NCBI GenBank assembly: GCA_964016885.1
Contig: OZ024755.1
Location: forward strand, 36,766,001 to 36,830,000
DNA: 64,000 nucleotides
Source: Eledone cirrhosa
Lineage: Eukaryota
Direction: 5' to 3'
Shown here: piece by piece, positions 57,538-64,000 of the stretch
How the letters are laid out: each line of letters starts with the position of its first letter
How positions within the stretch are numbered: the first letter of the stretch is position 1
Position numbers and translations under genes: made by a program
The notes under the pieces: generated by a model
Databases searched by the model: none
What the model was told of the DNA's origin: nothing
The model's input: the letters and a program-made list of their open reading frames with translations, nothing else

Positions 57538-57550
<13 letters not shown>
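57068..57550. mobile_element. Largest inverted-pair HHR element (~230-bp arms); HHR at 57327-57409 (+) mirrored on minus
   Basis: ACACACG CTGATGA ACCA..TGGT GAAA CAGATC TTTTTG GATTTG TA CGTGTGT, with a full stem III. Confidence 0.85.
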
Positions 57551-57614
<64 letters not shown>

Positions 57615-57769
57615 AGCTCGGGATTCCTTCTCCTTTGACCACATTACTAACAGGGAATAGGCGGGAGTCTATGGCTCTGTTAATTTATCGTGATATATAT
57701 ATATAAACAAAAACAAGATGGCGTAGGACAGAACAAAGGAGAGGCACAAAACAAAGAAAATAATCACCA

Positions 57770-57812
57770 GTCACTGAAGAGGTCACAAAATGTGTGACGA
57801 AAGAACTTTGAC
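57770..57812 (+). ncRNA. Minimal hammerhead ribozyme
   Basis: GTCA CTGAAGA G GTCACA AAATG TGTGAC GAAA GAAC TT TGAC. Confidence 0.7.
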
Positions 57813-58001
57813 AATATATGAACAACCGTCCGGTCGTGGAACCAACCAACCGGAAATTTATAAATTATTAAATTTATAAATATAATTTATAATAAATTGG
57901 AGTGAAAGCAACTGGTGCGTGTGTTTCTTATTGTCACCATGACCCTCCCAAAGTATATCTTCTGGTTTATAAACTTATAAACAAACAATTATTGACTACT
58001 G

Positions 58002-58073
<72 letters not shown>

Positions 58074-58483
58074 TGGTTGACAATTATACTAATGTGCACA
58101 GACACTTAGATATATTGTCCTTGGTATGACAGTGTGGTTTTAGCTCAATGTAGAATAACTAGTATACTACAGAGCCGTTATAAGTTTAGGAATAACCAAA
58201 GCTTGTGAATTGATGTTTGTCAATTGATGTATCTATGCTTGGTTTGTTTTTTGATCATGCTGAGTAAAACCCTCATCCATTTCTTGCTCTCCTCTCTCAA
58301 CCCCCTTATCTATTGCACCATAATACGTGATAAACTTTTGATCTAATTTTTTATGATGTAATTTTTTGTGACATTATATGTATCATGTATTGTTTGCCCC
58401 CCTCCCCCCTACTTGTCCTTCTTCCTTGTTCTGGTGACTCGGCTCGATGGAACCTGCAACCTTTGATATACTTTTGTTTATAG

Positions 58484-58528
58484 GCTCTGATGATTCCTGC
58501 CGTAGGGTATGGATGAAACACTGTTAGC
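58484..58528 (+). ncRNA. Minimal hammerhead ribozyme (3970 family)
   Basis: GCT CTGATGA TTCC..GGAT GAAA CACTG TT AGC. Confidence 0.7.
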
Positions 58529-58578
58529 AAATAAAACAATGTATTTCTAAGCACTCTTTGGTTATTCCTAAACTTATA

Positions 58579-58614
<36 letters not shown>

Positions 58615-58617
58615 CAT

Positions 58618-58672
<55 letters not shown>

Positions 58673-58776
58673 TATATAACATATACATACACACACATAT
58701 ATACACACAGATATATATATACACACACATATATATATACATACACACACACACATATATATATATATAGAGATAT

Positions 58777-58867
<91 letters not shown>

Positions 58868-58897
58868 TATATATACATACATACATATATATATATT

Positions 58898-58932
<35 letters not shown>

Positions 58933-59215
58933 TGGTAATTAGAAATAACAAATATAACAAAACAAACAGCACAGTACATTGGAGAAATATATTAGTTTAA
59001 CGCTTGAAATAGCAGAGAGAGAGAGTCTTAATGTCTCGAACACTAGTCTTTCATCAGAAGATAGAGTTAGAAATAGAAGATAAATAGAAAGTAAAGAGTG
59101 ATGAGAGGAAGGAATGGGGAAAATATTGTGAGATAAAACATGTGTATTAAGTCGGCCATTTATATCTATACATATCTATATGTATATATATATATACACA
59201 CGCATGCACGCACAC

Positions 59216-59253
<38 letters not shown>

Positions 59254-59367
59254 AAACATAAGAAACAGGGGCTGCGTAGTTGCTGGATAAGGTGTAGTTA
59301 TAAATAAGAGGAAAGCACGAACGGAGGATCATTTCCCTTCATCAGTTGTCTGCTGGGGGTCATGGAC

Positions 59368-59421
<54 letters not shown>

Positions 59422-59572
59422 AGAGGGAGAGAGAGATAGAGAGAGAGAGAGAGAATATATATATATATATAGAGAGAGAGATACAGACAGAGAGTGTGTT
59501 AGATAGATAGATAGATAGATAGATAGACAAATGTCTGCTGGGGGTCATGGACATTTATATATATATATATAT

Positions 59573-59655
<83 letters not shown>

Positions 59656-60246
59656 ATATATATATATATACAGAGAGAGAGAGAGTGTGTTAGATAGATA
59701 GATAGACAAATAGATAGATAGATAGATAGACAGATAGATATATACAGAGACTACGTAAAAAATAGATTGATGATGGTTTCTTCAAACATATAATGGCCTA
59801 TGAATTCAGAGTAACTAATAGACGATCGTAAGAAAAGCAAGCCACAGAATTATAAAAAGGGGGAAAATCCATTTGATCATAATCTTTGAAAATGATATGC
59901 AATTATAAGTGGGAATCATAAATCGATTTGAATTTAGAGGGTGACAATAGATTTTATATGCAGTCTATTGTGAACGAGAATCAGGAATAGGACAGAATTT
60001 CACAGCTGTTGTTCGTAGCAATAATATTGGTGAGAATCCGTCTCTTAAGTGAATCAACTGCGGCAGATTCTTTGATTGATCGTTAAGAATATAAAGAGTG
60101 CAATTAATACTTATAAACAACTTAAACAAAGCTCTTGTCGTTAATACTTGCATCTCTTGTTAATTTTAGTATCATGAATGAAATATTGCAAGAGTTTAAA
60201 CACGATATTAGATTTAGTTCGGTAAGCAGAGCACATTTATTTGTTG

Positions 60247-60351
<105 letters not shown>

Positions 60352-60445
60352 TATATTTAGAAACACACAGATACATGCGGACACACACATATATACATGA
60401 ATGCATCCACACCCAACTGTTATATATATGTATATATATAATATA

Positions 60446-60522
<77 letters not shown>

Positions 60523-60603
60523 CACATATGTACGTAAATATGTGTGTATATATCTATATCTGTATCTCTCTCTCTCTATATATATATATATACAAAATAT
60601 ATA

Positions 60604-60640
<37 letters not shown>

Positions 60641-60742
60641 AATATATATTTGTATATATATAAAAATATATACATACATATGTATATATATATATTCACA
60701 CAGACCCCCCCACACACACGCACACACTACACACACGCACAC

Positions 60743-60903
<161 letters not shown>

Positions 60904-61599
60904 AGATGAAATTGGAAATAGCACGGAAAATATATTTAAGGATCTGTTTTTCTTTGATTTTTCCTTTCTTTGATTCGTCAAAGTGACATCATTGAACAAA
61001 TGAGAGGGACAATTCTTTTAAGGAAAGAGTTTTATAATGTATGTAAAGTATATAAAGTATTACTGGTTTCGATGTATTAGTAAATTCCATCTTATCAAAT
61101 ATTGAGTATTACAATTAAAAAGAATTAAAACGAATTTAAAATTAAAAATTACAGATTTAAAATTAAGTGTTGAGGCAAGTTTGTTCATCTTTCTTGTTGA
61201 GAAGAAGACTGGAAAAATGGAATCGTGTGTATATATATATAGAGGTAGTCATGGTAGTAGCAGTAGTGGTGGTAGTTGTGTTTTTCACACAGAACAAAAT
61301 CTATTTTAGGGTGGGGGTGATTTTCTGTAAAATATAAGAAAATTATCTACGAATATTCTCAAAACAAAAGTTTATTTATATTAGCAAAATACCGTTACAC
61401 ATGATAGAATTTAACGGCTGGAACAAATCAAATGAAATTTTACAAGGTAAATGCTTGGATATTTTCAAAACAATTTGAAAAGCACATTCTGCATCTTTCA
61501 TTATAAATATGGTAATAAAAAAGGTTAAACCACTACAGGAACAGGAAATGTCCCTCTATTGACACCGCATATTTTCATCTATGATGTATTACCGGATAA

Positions 61600-62023
<424 letters not shown>

Positions 62024-62326
62024 CACCCCATCATATATATATATTTACATTTTCTGCATTGCAACGTTGGCATTATTTTTGCCGTGACGCTATAGTAATC
62101 AATAAATATCTAAGTGATATCGCTACGTCTTAAATTTCTAATATAAGTTGCTAGACTGTAAATATGAAGATGGAGAGCTATACTAGATTAACTAGGCCTT
62201 GCCACATTTCTACGTGACAGCTCATTTGATCAAGAACTATACTAATTTGTCTGACTAAACATATATCATGTTATTTGCGTATAATATATTTCAGACATCG
62301 ACACACTCATGTTAGTAAGTAAGTAG

Positions 62327-62401
<75 letters not shown>

Positions 62402-63070
62402 GTTTATCCCGGGTTCAATCGGGGACAACCACAGTAAGTAAGGTACTCAATCCAAAGCAGAGTATAAATATTTAATATAGAAAATGCTTCTACAGGACTA
62501 GATGATTTCTCCCGAATGAAACAGTTCTAGTCCTGTAGAAGCCTTTTCTATATTAAATATAAATATAAATATATATATGATGGACTCTCCCGTCGATATC
62601 CGACGTATGAGTGTCCAACAAAAGTTGATGTGAAAAAGTGAACTTATGTTGAACTACCCACACAAAGTTTTGTTTTAAGTGGTGAAGGCTTGTGTAGGAC
62701 CAACCACACTTTTTGGGAACTGACGACACATATCTTCGGTGCAGATGTTTCCCACGGAAAATACAACGACATCTCTAAAAAAAAAACATATATATATAAA
62801 CTAAAAAAAATAAATAAAAACTATTTGGATGACCCCTATGCGGGGTCTTGTATTTCATCTCACCGAGTGTTCAAATATCACCCTCCTCACAAAGCAATAT
62901 ATACTTGGGGAGGGTCATATTGTTATAATATTGCCAGAAATAATAACAGAACACAGATTAAATATTTGCTCTACGGTTTTTATATATATTTTAGTCTTCA
63001 CATTTATATGACTATATAAATATATATATTGTTATACTTTGGGAGGGTCATGTTGCCAAATTCAGAAACG

Positions 63071-63114
<44 letters not shown>

Positions 63115-63139
63115 ATGTGTGGGTGTGTGTGGGTGTGTG

Positions 63140-63262
63140 TATCCCGGGTTCAAACGGAGGTAACCACAGTAAGTAAGGTACCCAATAAATAGCAGAGTAA
63201 ACATTTAATATAGAAATAGCTTCTACAGGACTAGAACTGTTTCATTCGAAGGAAATCATCAG
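63140..63262 (-). mobile_element. HHR element (37783 family), truncated just 5' of the ribozyme core
   Basis: Reverse complement: CTGATGA TTTC CTTC GAAT GAAA CAG TTCTAGTC CTG TA GAAG. Confidence 0.7.
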
Positions 63263-63581
63263 GGCAGCAGAAACGAAGTCCCTCTTACACCAATGGTCAG
63301 CCAACACAGGCTGGAGATAGAAAGTGTAGCAACAAGGGCGGTGCCCCAGCATGGGCTCAACCGGATGGCAGGAACAGGTAAAAAAGAGAGTAATATATTT
63401 AATATCTAGAATCCCGATGTAACTAATAGGGTGTTGGTATATTCATTTTATTTTAGAAATGACACATATTTATTTCATAAGAAATTATAAGAGAAGCCGT
63501 AGCTGATCATTTCTCACAAATGAAAAAGTTCAAGTCCTGTAGAAGTTATTTCTATAAGAAAATGAATATATGTATAGTCCC

Positions 63582-63656
<75 letters not shown>

Positions 63657-63660
<4 letters not shown>

Positions 63661-63820
63661 ATGTTGATTTAAAACTGCACTATTCACAAGTGTGTTTTAA
63701 CCTTCATATCATGTCTCCCTACTTTATCTGACGAAAACGCAAATGTTATTGCATGATGATATTTGTTTTTGAAATACGCATGATAAAATACATGGAACTC
63801 TTTTAACCATCTTTTGATCT

Positions 63821-63830
<10 letters not shown>
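63657..63830 (+). mobile_element. HHR element (21433 family) with a mutated cleavage site
   Basis: TTTAT CTGACGA..GAAA TACGCA TG ATAAA, between (TA)n tracts. Confidence 0.7.
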
Positions 63831-63896
<66 letters not shown>

Positions 63897-64000
63897 AAGT
63901 GAGTCCTTCATCAGTGACCCTCCAACCGTCCTCGGCATTTCATCGCTTTAAGGGCCATATGCCTCAGGTTGGTGCGAACAACGGCTAAAAAAAGTCGTTG

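Overview
AT-rich, microsatellite-saturated animal genomic DNA. The SINE families and (TA)n/(CA)n density suggest an octopod cephalopod (inference). There is one N-gap at 37305-37504. I see no intact host gene; most listed ORFs are microsatellite artefacts or decayed retroelement pieces. Conventional repeats are RTE, Tx1/L1, R4/Dong-like and CRE-like LINE fragments, a Penelope RT/GIY-YIG fragment, a Tc1/mariner remnant, two hAT MITEs, a Tc1-type MITE, a non-autonomous Helitron family and about 20 copies of a tRNA-derived SINE. The main hidden signal is that the short unique-looking islands inside the (TA)n runs are non-coding elements from more than a dozen sequence families, each carrying a type I hammerhead ribozyme (HHR) fold. 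Over 25 motifs can be folded by eye, many with a palindromic minimal stem III and two families with a compensatory U3-A8 core. They often occur as head-to-head inverted pairs with both 3' ends running into (TA)n, consistent with Penelope-like pLTR or retrozyme-like elements that target TA microsatellites. Faint, stop-riddled LRR-like coding remnants may underlie some old unique DNA. All folds and alignments were made by eye, so boundaries are approximate.
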